DNA of 64,000 nt from Rhynchopus sp. YZ270_cl-10. Lineage: Eukaryota. The first letter of the stretch is position 1. Every line of letters starts with the position of its first letter. Under the pieces are notes generated by a model. The model was not told where the DNA came from. It worked only from the letters and a program-made list of their open reading frames with translations, and made no database searches. The stretch spans positions 930,001-994,000 of the forward strand of contig OZ037846.1 in assembly GCA_964035575.1 (NCBI GenBank). The letters are read 5' to 3'. Positions 21,615 to 32,800 of the stretch are shown here, piece by piece. Made by a program: the position numbers and the translations under genes.

Positions 21615-21648
21615 ATGTTCAGTGTTTTTGTTACCCTTGGGGCACTGC
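21615..21648 (+). pseudogene. 5' remnant of the Ubl-WD40 gene (first ~11 codons) within a duplicated spacer
   Basis: ATGTTCAGTGTTTTTGTTACC matches 16768 onward; upstream 21263-21614 matches 16271-16767 with a deletion; homology then stops. Confidence 0.7.
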
Positions 21649-21871
21649 TCGGACGAACCTCGTTGTATTGGTGTTGCATCGATGTGGACAGGCAAAGGAT
21701 GCACCTGCCCACCTGCCGCAGGCACACGCCTACTGTGCAATTGGTAGAAGATAGTTGCAATTTCCCCTTCTTTACCAACCTTCCACATAATTCACTACCC
21801 CCCACATCCGCCCAGCTCCACCTCCCCCACCGCCAGCATCAACCACACACACACTCCCCTTTTTTTTGACA

Positions 21872-23239
21872 ATGACCGTCGAAGGCGTGCCCCCTGGTCC
21901 TCCTGGTGCCGCTGCTGCTCCCGTTGGTGTCGCTGCGTCTGCCCCGCAACCTTCCGCACCGGTGGTGTCTGATATGACTACCGTCGCTGCTGCGCCTGTT
22001 GACAAGAGGAATTGGAAGATTGAGCGTGGTGCGGCGAGGTGGGCTGCGGATGCGTCGGCACCGAGCTGCAAGGGAGAATGCGGGAAGAAGTTTGGGTTGT
22101 TCACGAGACGGCACCACTGCAGGCGTTGTGGTGAGATCTTCTGCTGGGCCTGCTCGAAGTTCACCAGCGAGAACGTCCGCGTCTGTGGCTACTGCTGCGT
22201 CTCCCCCGACGTCATCCTCCAGATGTTCTACCGCGGCTACCCTGCCGCCGCCTCCGTCCCCCTCCCCCGCGAGCTCGGCGTCTGCAACGAATGGGAGCTC
22301 TTCGCCGCGCTGGACCGCGACTTCAACTGCCAATTCTTCTCCTGCGTGAGGGAGCTCTTCCGCCTCGAAATGATGAACGAAGGCGAAGACATTGTCCCCA
22401 TCCGTGAGATCCCCTCCCTCCTTGCACGCTTCAACCAGGCGGAACCTGCTATGGTGATGTGGGTCCGCCTTTTCATGAACTCCGCTGCATCCAAGCACCG
22501 CGCCGAGAGCATCATCTCCCGCTACGAACACCCCGCACCACAGACCATCCGCATGGTCCCCGACGGCAACGGCGGACAACGCGAGGAGAAGGGGCCCGAA
22601 CCCATCAAGCCCACCTTCTACAACGTCGCCACCAGAACCCTCACCGACATCAACTACGGCAAACGCTCGAACCTCTGGTTCATGCAGCAACCCGGTGTCG
22701 GCCTCACGATCTACTCTGCCCTCGACTATCTCTGGGGCAGCACCGCTATGCCCGAAGAGCTGGACCAACTCTTCTGGGTCAAGGTGATGGGCAGGGACCT
22801 TATGTTCTACCGCTGGAAGGACAACGTGACGCCGCAGAGGACAGACATTCTGCCCAGATCAGGGATCCCACCCATGGCGGTTACCGCAGATGTGATGGAT
22901 GCGGTGACGGCTGGGATGAACCAAGGAGGGATTGCCGGGATGGTCATCGCAGGGGCGATGATTGCAGGTCAGAGCCAGGCCACCGCGAACCATGCTGCTG
23001 CAACCCAGCAGGCAGCGGCCAACCAAGCCGCGGCAGCACACCAAGCACAATACCCCCAGGCGCCCGGCTACCCACCTCCAGCGGCGGCAGGGTACCCAGC
23101 AGCCGGGTCCCCCGCGGGGTATCCGCCTGCAGGAGTGCAGCCGACAGGATACCCGGCACCAGCACAACCTGCTGGGTACCCGCCAGCACAACCTGCTGGA
23201 TATCCGGCTCCGGGGGGCACGTACCCACCCGCGCAGTAG
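21872..23239 (+). CDS. FYVE zinc-finger protein with Pro/Ala/Gly/Tyr-rich (PAGYPP) C-terminal tail
   Basis: WAAD (WxxD), RRHHCRRCG and RVC motifs with 8 Cys; strong coding-like composition. Confidence 0.9.
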   Translation: MTVEGVPPGPPGAAAAPVGVAASAPQPSAPVVSDMTTVAAAPVDKRNWKIERGAARWAADASAPSCKGECGKKFGLFTRRHHCRRCGEIFCWACSKFTSENVRVCGYCCVSPDVILQMFYRGYPAAASVPLPRELGVCNEWELFAALDRDFNCQFFSCVRELFRLEMMNEGEDIVPIREIPSLLARFNQAEPAMVMWVRLFMNSAASKHRAESIISRYEHPAPQTIRMVPDGNGGQREEKGPEPIKPTFYNVATRTLTDINYGKRSNLWFMQQPGVGLTIYSALDYLWGSTAMPEELDQLFWVKVMGRDLMFYRWKDNVTPQRTDILPRSGIPPMAVTADVMDAVTAGMNQGGIAGMVIAGAMIAGQSQATANHAAATQQAAANQAAAAHQAQYPQAPGYPPPAAAGYPAAGSPAGYPPAGVQPTGYPAPAQPAGYPPAQPAGYPAPGGTYPPAQ

Positions 23240-23272
23240 GTTGAGGGGTTGAACGATTGAATGTTAAAAAAA

Positions 23273-26200
23273 CACGGGTTGCCGACGATCGTAGTACGAA
23301 ATTTTACGATCGTAGCCTTTTTTTCCTCGTACTACGAAAATTTACGATCGTACTACGAAAATTTACGATCGTAAAATTTCGTAAAATCTCGTAAAATCTC
23401 GTAGTGGTGTAGTTGCCGGTGGCTATTGCCTCCCAGGGAAAGGGACTCTCGAATTTTTTTTTTTTCGCCCCTAAAGAGGGCTAATTTCGACGATTTGAGG
23501 CCATTAAAAGCAAAATTTGGCACTTTTGAGCATCTGTGGGGGTCTAAAACGCGGTTTTGCGAACCCGAAATTTCGTGGTTTTTACCAAAAAGACAAGTCG
23601 ATTTTTGAACCTTAAAAAAACATCAAAATTTTTTTTCACAAGTGTTTTTGAGGCCTGCTCACTACACCCTAGGTCCCCTTCTGGGACCAAAAAGTCAAAA
23701 AAAGCAAGAATTGGGCTGTTTTGAGCATCTAGAGTTAATTCCCCAGTCATTTTCTGTACCACCAGTGCATTTTGTATGGGCCAGCGCCTTGTCAAAAAAT
23801 CAAAAAATCTCAAAAAAAAAAATTTTTTTTTTCGGGAAAATTTCGACCCCTGAGTTGGGTTTTTGGGCACCAAAAAGTGCAAAAAAACGCAAAAATCGGG
23901 TGTTTTGACGATCTGGGGGTAAACTATATGCACTACTACAGGGGCCCACAATATCGACTTTTCCTTAGCAAATTCCTTGGAGTATTGCATGCCTTGAAGT
24001 GTTGCATTTTGTCCCCACTGAGTGTGCACTCAGAAAACACTCATCAATAAAACGACCTTTCTGTTCGGTAAAAAATAGTTATTTTCTATTGTAGTAGTGG
24101 TTTGTCGTGCAGTGATGTTCTTTGTACCTGGAGAGCGGGCCGAGTGCAAGGTATGTTTTTAACCCCCCGGTTTTCTCCCTTTTCGACATGTCCGCTATTT
24201 TTTAGCTATTTTTTTTTTTTTTAATATGGCTCAGTCCATAAACCCACCCCCCTAAAAGGTAACCTTTTGAATTTTTTTCACATTAGATAACTTCCACTCG
24301 GACTTTTTGCTCGATTTTTGCTCCTTTGAACTCAGAATAACGTTTCTGAGGTCACAGGAGCAAAAATCGAGCAAAAAGTCCGAGTAGAAGATAGATGAAT
24401 TAACGTCGAGAGGTAAAAAAACTAATTGGGCATTGGTTTTTGAGTGGGCTGCGAAAAGCTACTTTTTCACTATTTTTTTTTTGCATTTTTTCGTATTCTG
24501 GGGTGGACAACTGGTGAAATTTCACCCCACAAGGTGTCCCAGGCCTATTCTGGAGGTGGTGTCCACCAGAAGATGCTCAGAAGTGTCACAAATAATGAAA
24601 AATATTGTTTGGGAAACGGTTTACCCACGAAACTAACGCAAAACCCAATTCCCAATTAGTTTTTTACCTCTCGACGTTAATTCATCTATCTTCTACTCGG
24701 ACTTTTTGCTCGATTTTTGCTCCTGTGACCTCAGAAACGTTATTCTGAGTTCAAAGGAGCAAAAATCGAGCAAAAAGTCCGAGTGGAAGTTATCTAATGT
24801 GAAAAAAATTCAAAAGGTTACCTTTTAGGGGGGTGGGTTTATGGACTGAGCCAATATTATACCTAAAGCGTAGCTTAAAGGAGAAATAGTTCCTCAGATA
24901 CGGTCGCCAATCACCCCTCCAACAGGGTAATTGTGCAATCAACGAAAAAACCTTTTTTTCCCTTTTACTTACCTATCAGAGTTACTATTTTTTGTCAACA
25001 AAAATGTCACTTTTACGTTTAAGGGGTACGGGGCGGCTTCTTGTTTGTTTGTTTGTTTTTTTGTTGTAGTCTCTACTTTTACATTCAATTTCTCTTAACA
25101 GGTACCAGAACCGACGACCCTTCATCGTGACAGCGAAGCAGTGCCGACGGAAGAGCTGGTGCAATTATTTCAAAACCAGGTGGCGATCGTAAAAGTCGGG
25201 TTTATATACCAACTTTTCCATTAACCCACCCCATAGACCACCCTAATTATTATGAAACTCTTAGTCAGTCACTGCTATAGCCATTTAACCCAGGGAGCAT
25301 AGCTAGTGCAAGAAATTCGACTTCGGGATCCGGTAAGTCTGTCCTCTGCTCTTGCGGAGGACTAGGCACAAGAAAATATTGCGTTCCCCCAGAATACTAA
25401 TTTTTGTCACAGTAATTTTTGCCCAGGGCATGCTCTTGAAGCATGGCGGCTTGGTGTGAGAAGGGGCAGTGTGTTGTTTTGTTCTAGATTTCAACGGTTG
25501 TTAGAACGAGTCAAGTGGATGCTTATCTAAACACTGACTTTAGTACAGACCCGAGAGATCACACATGACTTTGAGGAAAGAACAAAGCAATGCATCTGTA
25601 CCCGCACGCCAGGTTGTAGTTACTTCAGAATTTTCTTGAGTTTGCATGAACGAGGAGGGGGTGATTCATTCTTCGGGAACGCCTAGTATACCATGGAATG
25701 ATTATCTCAAAAAAACATGTGGGGGCTGAATTCATATCCCTTAGAATTGCGAATTCAGCCTTTGCAGAAGGTACGTCTTACTTGTACTTGTACTTGTATG
25801 CCGTGTCACCCTTCTCAACCTTACCGGTTCACAGCTCGCAAGAGCAGTGTAACCCTTCTCGCTATTGCAAACTTAAGAATTTTCTGCTGTAACTTACCAA
25901 AATCGATTTTCTTTCACCCCAAACACCCGCAACACCCCACCTGCTACTTCGGTAGCCTGTGTTGTTGGGAGTTGGTTCTCATGTTGATCCCCAGTGACTG
26001 TCTAGCACTGCTTCTTCTGAGCCCAACGTTGTTTGGCCTGTCGACGTAATAAATACGAAGACAGGGCGGCGGTGCCAACAATTTTCCAATGATGTAACGT
26101 TTTATCTGATTGATTATCGTTTGATATACCTTGTGTGTGCTTCATGCACACCATGCAAGGAATATCGAACGGTATTTCAAGCGATATTCGTTATTTCGTT

Positions 26201-26381
26201 TGGCAAACGTACTACGATCGTAAAATTTCGTAAAATTTCGTCTACGATCGTACTACGATCGTTTACGATCGTAAAATTTCGTAGTACGAAATTTTACGAA
26301 ATTTTACGAAATTTTACGATCGTAACGATCGTAAAATTTTACGATCGTAAAATTTCGTACTACGATCGTCGGCAACCCGTG
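23273..26381. mobile_element. Non-autonomous TIR DNA transposon with CAC...GTG termini and subterminal repeats (~3.1 kb)
   Basis: About 40-bp TIR CACGGGTTGCCGACGATCGTAGTACGAAATTTTACGATCGT; TACGATCGTA/AAATTTCG repeats at both ends; A-runs on both flanks so TSD length is ambiguous. Confidence 0.85.
24228..24852. mobile_element. Foldback MITE with ~200-bp TIRs, nested in the 23273-26381 element
   Basis: 24228-24430 is the reverse complement of 24651-24852; GGCTCAG...CTGAGCC ends flanked by direct repeat AATAT. Confidence 0.9.
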
Positions 26382-27364
26382 AAAAAAGTGGATTTTTTTT
26401 TTGGATGCCATATTGCCTTTTTGACATTTTTTTTTTTTTTGTTTTTTTTTTTTTTTTTTTTTTTGAACCAGGGTCTGCGTCCGCCAACGGTGAGGCGTAT
26501 TCAATTATTTTTGTATTTCAAAGGATTTGACAAATAGGAAACAGAAACGACGGAAAGTGCGCGCCCGCCAGCTTTTTTTGTGTTTTTCTCACTTCACTGT
26601 TTCTCTCACACACAACACATCGAAAAAAACACATCAAGCTTGCGGAGTGATAAACGAAAAAAAAAGTTGTTCATTTGGTTTCTTTTCATTCATACCTGAA
26701 GATACTCTATTTTAAAAAGGTGGAGCTCACCCTCGGGTGTCTACACTACAACCAGGGCACTAGCTAGGTGCTTTTTTGCGGTTTCAAAACCGCAAAAACC
26801 CGGTTTTGCGGTTTGGCGAAAAAAAAAAAAAAAAAAACGGAAAATCTCGGGGCAGAAAAAAAAAAAAAAATGTGGGGGGTTTTGGGCACTGTTGGGGCCC
26901 CCTCGCCCGACCCCCAGATGACTGGCATGATAGCACCTTAATTTTTTTTCTGCTCGCTGCGCTCACGGAAGTACACCCCAAAAAAATTTCCGCTCGCTTC
27001 GCTCGCGGAGTTAACCCATATTTTTTTTTGCCTGCGGCGCCATTTTCCTTTTTTTGCTTCGCAAAAAAGGGCTTGTTACTGGGGGGGGGGGGCTAATAAA
27101 GTATACGGTGCTAATAAAGTATACGGGGGTAATAAAGTATACGGTGCGGAAACCCATTTTGAGCGTGGAAATCTGTGAAATAAAGTATACGGTTTTTGTG
27201 TACATTTTTCTTACTAAAAAAATTTTTCAGCAAGTTTTGCACAAAAAATCGAAAAAATTTTTTTTTGATTTCGGTGCATACTTGTAGCTAACTAGCCGTG
27301 GTACGTGGCGATTTTGTTTCCCAAAAGAAAGAAAAAAATCGGCCGGAAAGAAATTTTTTTTACC

Positions 27365-27876
27365 CAGGAAAAAAATTTTTACCCAGGGAAAAATTTTTCC
27401 CCCAGGAAATAAATTTCCCTCAGGCACTAAATTTGCCCCAGGAAATAAATTTCCCTCAGGAAATAAATTTGCCTCAGGAAATAAATTTCCCTCAGGCACT
27501 AAATTTGCCCCAGGAAATAAATTTCCCTCAGGAACTAAATTTGCCTCAGGAAATAAATTTGCCTCAGGAAATAAATTTGCCTCAGGAAATAAATTTCCCC
27601 CAGGAAATAAATTTCCCTCAGGAAATAAATTTGCCCCAGGAAATAAATTTGCCCCAGGAAATAAATTTCCCTCAGGCACTAAATTTGCCTCAGGAAATAA
27701 ATTTCCCCCAGGAAATAAATTTCCCTCAGGCACTAAATTTGCCTCAGGAAATAAATTTGCCTCAGGAAATAAATTTCCCCCAGGAAATAAATTTCCCTCA
27801 GGCACTAAATTTGCCTCAGGCACTAAATTTGCCTCAGGAAATAAATTTGCCTCAGGCAATAAATTTCCTTCCAGGA
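27365..27876. repeat. 18-bp minisatellite (CAGGAAATAAATTTSCCY), about 26 regular plus 2 degenerate units
   Basis: Direct reading of tandem units. Confidence 0.95.
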
Positions 27877-27986
27877 TATGCACCTGGGGAACTGGGTTGC
27901 ATCCTGTATCTTAAATTTTTTTGCCTGCGGCGCCATTTTTTCATTTTTTGCTCCGCAAAAAAAGGGTTCGTTGAGTGACTCTGGTG

Positions 27987-28600
27987 ACAGGGATTACGCT
28001 CCACGTGTGGAACGTATGGAAATCCATACGTGAATTGTTTTGAAAAGGTGGAATCCGTACGTGTCCATACGTGGTAATTTGGGTTTTGGATTGAGGCTGG
28101 GGTGGGGTTAGGTGAGGAGTGGGGGCTCCGCCCACCTCTCACCTAACCCCCACAGAATTCTATTTTTAGAAGACAATTTTCTTCTATTTTACCGGAAAAG
28201 GAAGATGCACTGCGGCGCGAGCTTTCAACCCACCCTTCCCGCGACATAGTAGGCAATTTTAAGCGCAATTTTTAGAAATGTTGCGTACCGTGGCTTCGCT
28301 AGAAACTTTCGTTTTAGCAAAATATGGAAGTAAAATTTACGGAACTGGACGATAGTTACCAACAAAAGTGCCATTTTATGTCAACATTTTAAAGAAATGT
28401 TGCGTACCGTGGCTTCGCCAGAACCTTTGGGAAGCAATGAGGAGTGAGAAAGAAGGATAAGGGCAAAGAAAAAAGTAGCGTACCATGCGCCTGCGGCGCA
28501 AGCTTGCATTACATCCTTTCCATGACATAGTTTGGCTGTAAAAAAAGGTGCAATTGTAAGCGCATTTTTTAGAAATGTTGCGTACCGTGGCTTCGCCACG
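27987..28600 (+). repeat. Dispersed repeat matching the interior of the 36771-37682 MITE
   Basis: GGGATTACGCTCCACGTGTGGAACG... co-linear with ~36955-37420; partial copies at ~46860-47120 and ~40620-40720 (inverted). Confidence 0.85.
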
Positions 28601-29772
28601 AGTTTAACACTGAAAAGATGGGGAATATGCTTGAACGCGCTGTTGCCCTGTTTCTCAGCAACAAGCGTCCCAGATTCAAGAGAAAACGGAGGTGTTCCTG
28701 CTGATGGCGGAGGAGTTGGAAAACGTCGCTCCCCCCGTATTTGTTTCCGGAATTGAGCTTCTGAGGACCTTTTTCGCGCGAAGCGCGAAAATTTTTTTTT
28801 TTGCCAAAAAGAAAGAAATTGGGCGTGGAATTCTAAAATTTTTCGGGAAAAACGGCATATTTAGCGATAAGTATGTTTCGGTGGTCCGGATTCTGTGCGT
28901 GCTGTGATGGGGTCACTTTGCGCTGAGAAACGAGTATTTTTGACCTAAAACGCGTGTATCAGTTTTTACACGATTGGTGCTGATGGGGTTCAGATTTGTG
29001 AAAATTTAAGTCACCAAAAAATTGTTCATTTTTCCACATTGACCCCACCACTGGCTGGGATTGGCCCAAAAATGCCAATGGTGGTGTTTTCGCGAGGTTT
29101 CGGCTACTAGAAACCCCAAAATAACAGTGATTTTTTTTTTTTCTTCCACTTTTCGTTTTTTGGCCATTTAAGCAGTAATTCCCGCCGAATAAAGTATACG
29201 TATACTTTAATAGCTCCCCCCCAGTAAGTGACTCTGGTGTAAAACCGGCATCTTTACACCATTTTTTTTCCGGTAGAAACACGGTAGAACCACGGGTAAT
29301 CGGTTAAGGCGGCGCACCATACTGCAATCAATTTATTGTTTTCATACTGATGAAATGAATTAGTGCTTGCGGTCCACAAACCGTTTTTGTACTTTACTTT
29401 AGAACCCAAGAACACTGCTGGCTGGTCGGGTGTGTGGAGTCAGGCGGTGGGCACAAACAGTTTTTTTTTTCCTTCTCTCCCCCTCCCCCAATGTGTGTGC
29501 AGAGGCATATTCAAATTTTGCTCTTTTGTACTGCGTGGTCAAGCACCAAGGCTTGGATGCATCTGACAAAAAAAAAATCCCCTTTTTTCTCAACGTCCTA
29601 TTTTTCAGATTGCAATGCAGTAGGCAGTGTCGAACTTCCAAAAAAAAGTGGAGATTGCACAACTGTGGCTACACAAACCTACTCCAACAATTTATCAAAA
29701 AAAAAGGGTGCGACTAAACACAAGGTTTAGGACCATCTTTCAACCCACACGGCGGAGTAGTCAGAGGGGGTA

Positions 29773-29895
29773 ATGGTGGCAGTATTGTGATGGGAGCCCA
29801 TTGGAATACGCAAAATACATCAAAATACATCACAATGTGTATTGTGATGTATTTTGCGTATTCCAATGGGCTCCCATCACAATACTGGCCACCAT
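29773..29895. mobile_element. About 123-bp palindromic mini-element, copy 1
   Basis: Near-perfect fold-back ATGGTGGCAGTATTGTGATGGGAGCCC...GGGCTCCCATCACAATACTGGCCACCAT; second copy at 38125. Confidence 0.8.
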
Positions 29896-30661
29896 TCCAG
29901 GTGGGGGCCAGTATAGCCGTATTAACGACTAGTGTTCTACGATGCGTCTTACGGCATCACTAGTAGAGTTATCAGCTAGTCATTACGACGAGTAGTTCCA
30001 CTAGTAGTCCCTTGATTAGCCCGTCGTGCACCTTTTTCTTACCCTCTCCCCGTGCCCATTGTCTGCCATTCGATTTCCCTCCCAAGGTTTATCCCCTGAC
30101 CTAATGATGTTCCCCACCCCCTTTTTTATATCTGCGTGTTTGAAGCTTTTTTTTTATATAAATGTGCGTTTTTTTTGGGGGGGTTTTTTCCCCTGCATTG
30201 GGCAATAGGGTGACAAAAGAAAAAGCGTACAGATGCTCTGGTGACAAACAGTTGTCAAAAAAAAAAATTGAGTGGAGTTCACACGAGTAAAAAGCGAGGT
30301 GTCTACACTCAATTTTTCAAAAAAAAAAAAAAAAAGAAAAGAGTTTTTTGTGTCATTGTCGTGTTGCCGTTTGTGTTGCCTTTCTCAAAACCCATGTCAC
30401 ATAGCACAAAAGGGAGTACCCGCCACACCAGGTTGTGTTTTAAGACACAGGCCGATTAAATTTAAAGGACAGTTATTTGTGAGTTCGAGCAGAATACTGA
30501 CCACACCTCTGGGTAATGTGTGGTGTATCAGTATGACCTTTTGTGTTTTGTGCGTGGCGTTTCGCAGCTATCCACGCAGGTGACCGGGGCACGATCGTGA
30601 GTTTTAACGCTGGGAGGGTAGGGAAACTGTTGTCATGAATTGGAAAAAAAAGAAGAAGAAG

Positions 30662-30694
<33 letters not shown>

Positions 30695-31052
30695 GTCTAT
30701 ACCTTCCGTAGCAGAAAGGCTTCTGCTAACATTGAATGCCAACCCGATTAGCCAAGTGGGTTCTTAGGCGATTGTCGACACAAAAAAAAAGTCGAGAAGT
30801 AGTCAGACCGACTCCGGCCGACTCGGTCGGACTACCATCCATGATCGGGTTTGGCAAATGGCAGGGAGGTGGGGAGGGGGAGGGGGAGGGGGGGTGTGTG
30901 CAAAATAGTGAGTGGCATGTACCTCTTGGTAAAGCGACTGGCGATAACGAAACAAAAAAAAAAAAAAAAAAGTAAAAAAGAAAAAACCATTCATCTCGTA
31001 ACCAAGCAGTCGAGTTGTTTCTTTGAGGAGGCAAAAGAAAAAAAAAATAACT

Positions 31053-31101
31053 AGTGGAGTTCATCCTCGGGTGTCTACACTAATACAGCCAAGTTTTCAA
31101 A
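31053..31101 (+). repeat. About 50-bp dispersed hairpin repeat AGTGGAGTTCATCCTCGGGTGTCTACACTAATACA(A/G)CCAAGTTTTCAAA
   Basis: Copies at ~18254, 26720, 31053, 32028, 56361, 56424, 62099; variants at 30271, 54113 and 63762 (inverted). Confidence 0.85.
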
Positions 31102-31507
31102 CAAAGAAGAAGGCAGTGAACAGCAGACGGATCTCACGACCCCACTTGACCAACGTATCGCAGTCGCAGTCACAGGCGAGTGGGGGGGTGGGGCACGTGA
31201 CGAGTGCGCGACAGCATCCTGCTAGTATCTGGTTTGTATCATCCGTGCCCAGTTGTGTCACTCACTTCGAGCACCCCCCCTTTCCCCCTTCACCCCAAGA
31301 AAACAAAGTGGTGTTGCGCAAAGTGGTAACCCGAATACCAACAATTTATCCCCAAAAAAAAGGAAAAAAGGGGGGAAAAACAAGAGAGAACGTTGGTTCG
31401 TTCTGGAAAAAAAGGTGTTGCGATTTTTTTTTGTTGTGAAAGTTATCAGTCTTTCTACGTATCCTTTTTCTCAAGGTGACTCAGCATAGGCACATGCCCC
31501 CCCCTCT

Positions 31508-31724
31508 GTCTAGTCAGGGGGACGACTGGTAGTGGCTATCAGTCCAAATGACTAGCGTTTTACTAGTGGTTTTTGGTAGCCCGACTAATAAAAGTGCTTC
31601 CAAAACCACTGGCAGTGCTACTGGCCGTATTACTGATGGGGCCAGTAGGATCACTAGTCGTGTTTTACGCTAGTCGTTACAACTTAGTAGTAACATTAGT
31701 AGTTAGCAGTCCCCCTGACTAGAC
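31508..31724. repeat. Small inverted-repeat element with CTAGT-rich interior
   Basis: 16-bp IR GTCTAGTCAGGGGGAC / GTCCCCCTGACTAGAC; no clear TSD. Confidence 0.55.
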
Positions 31725-32434
31725 CATGCATGGTGCAAGGCATCTTACCCCTCCCCCTTGCAGTATTCATCTTTCACCTTTTGTTTCTTCTTTTTTCTTC
31801 TTTTCAAGATGTGTGTGTGTTGTGCACGAGAGACACGTTCATCTTTCAAGTTTTCTTCCTTTTTTATTACTTCAAGAACATTTTTTTCCAGCAACAAAAG
31901 GGATACTGTCTTCAGTAAAACTCAGTCCCTTCTTCCCTCCTCCCCCCTCAAACCCAACCACCCCTCTCAAAAAAAAAAGGCTCGACATGCAAATGCCACA
32001 ACCCATCCAACGCAAAAAAAAAGTTATAGTGGAGTTCATCCTCGGGTGTCTACACTAATACAACCAAGTTTTCAAAAAAGAAAAAAAATATACAGCCCCA
32101 GATCCCCCTCGCTCCCTTTATCTTTTGTCAAACCAATGGCCCCTCCAGATGTGATCAGAACCAGACAGAAAAAGTACGGCAAATTCGAGGGGGGATTTGC
32201 AAAAAATTTTCTTCCCCCTGGCGGGTAAAAGCGCAGGTAGAATTATGGAGGAAACAGTTCCACGTTGGTACTTCATTGTAGACGCGTCCAGGGCAGTGTG
32301 AGCCGAGAATCACCCGATCCATTTTGGGGATCCTATCACACCGTCCACATCTCCCCATCCCTGTATATCCCCACACACAGACCACATTTACACCCCCTTC
32401 CTTCCTCCCTTCCTTTTATTTGAATACTAACACC

Positions 32435-32800
32435 ATGGGCACCGATACTGTACCAGAGCAGGCTTGCGGCACTATGGAGCTGGAAAAACGCCGCATGCTT
32501 GCTTCATTGACGTACTCTCAACGCAAGCGCATAGTTCTTTCCCGCCGTCTGGAGCGCGAGGCGATGAAGAAAGAGAAGCTGAAGCGCTGTTCCCGTGTCT
32601 GCAGAGGAGTAAAGGAGAGGATTTCCGAACCGTTCTGCAGCAATTCAATGTCAGGTACGCAATGTGAAAGCGACGAAACGCCCTCAAGGGAGCCCAGTCT
32701 CGGGAAGAGCCAGAGCCAGAGTGAGCTAACTGACCACAGCAGCGTCAGCCCTTCCCTTGTGTCGGCACCGTGTCTTAGGGCGCTGCGGGCGTGCAAATGA
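32435..32800 (+). CDS. Hypothetical protein (121 aa)
   Basis: GC-richer ORF in AT-rich DNA, preceded by a CACACACAG tract; no recognisable domain. Confidence 0.5.
   Translation: MGTDTVPEQACGTMELEKRRMLASLTYSQRKRIVLSRRLEREAMKKEKLKRCSRVCRGVKERISEPFCSNSMSGTQCESDETPSREPSLGKSQSQSELTDHSSVSPSLVSAPCLRALRACK

Noticed and set aside
21839..22768. 309-aa minus-strand ORF (likewise 51678-52619 and 62847-63368)
   Set aside because: Antisense to better-supported plus-strand genes; no domain motifs
23422..25303. Possible further nested TIR element (GCTATTGCCTCCCAGGG / CCCAGGGAGCATAGC)
   Set aside because: The match is short and gapped; no convincing TSD
27365..27876. CRISPR-like array
   Set aside because: Units are contiguous with no unique spacers; no cas genes; eukaryotic context
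27227..27978. ORFs on both strands with QEINFP / EGNLFP hexapeptide repeats
   Set aside because: Expected by-product of a stop-free 18-bp minisatellite; no ATG start, and the flanks are transposon-like
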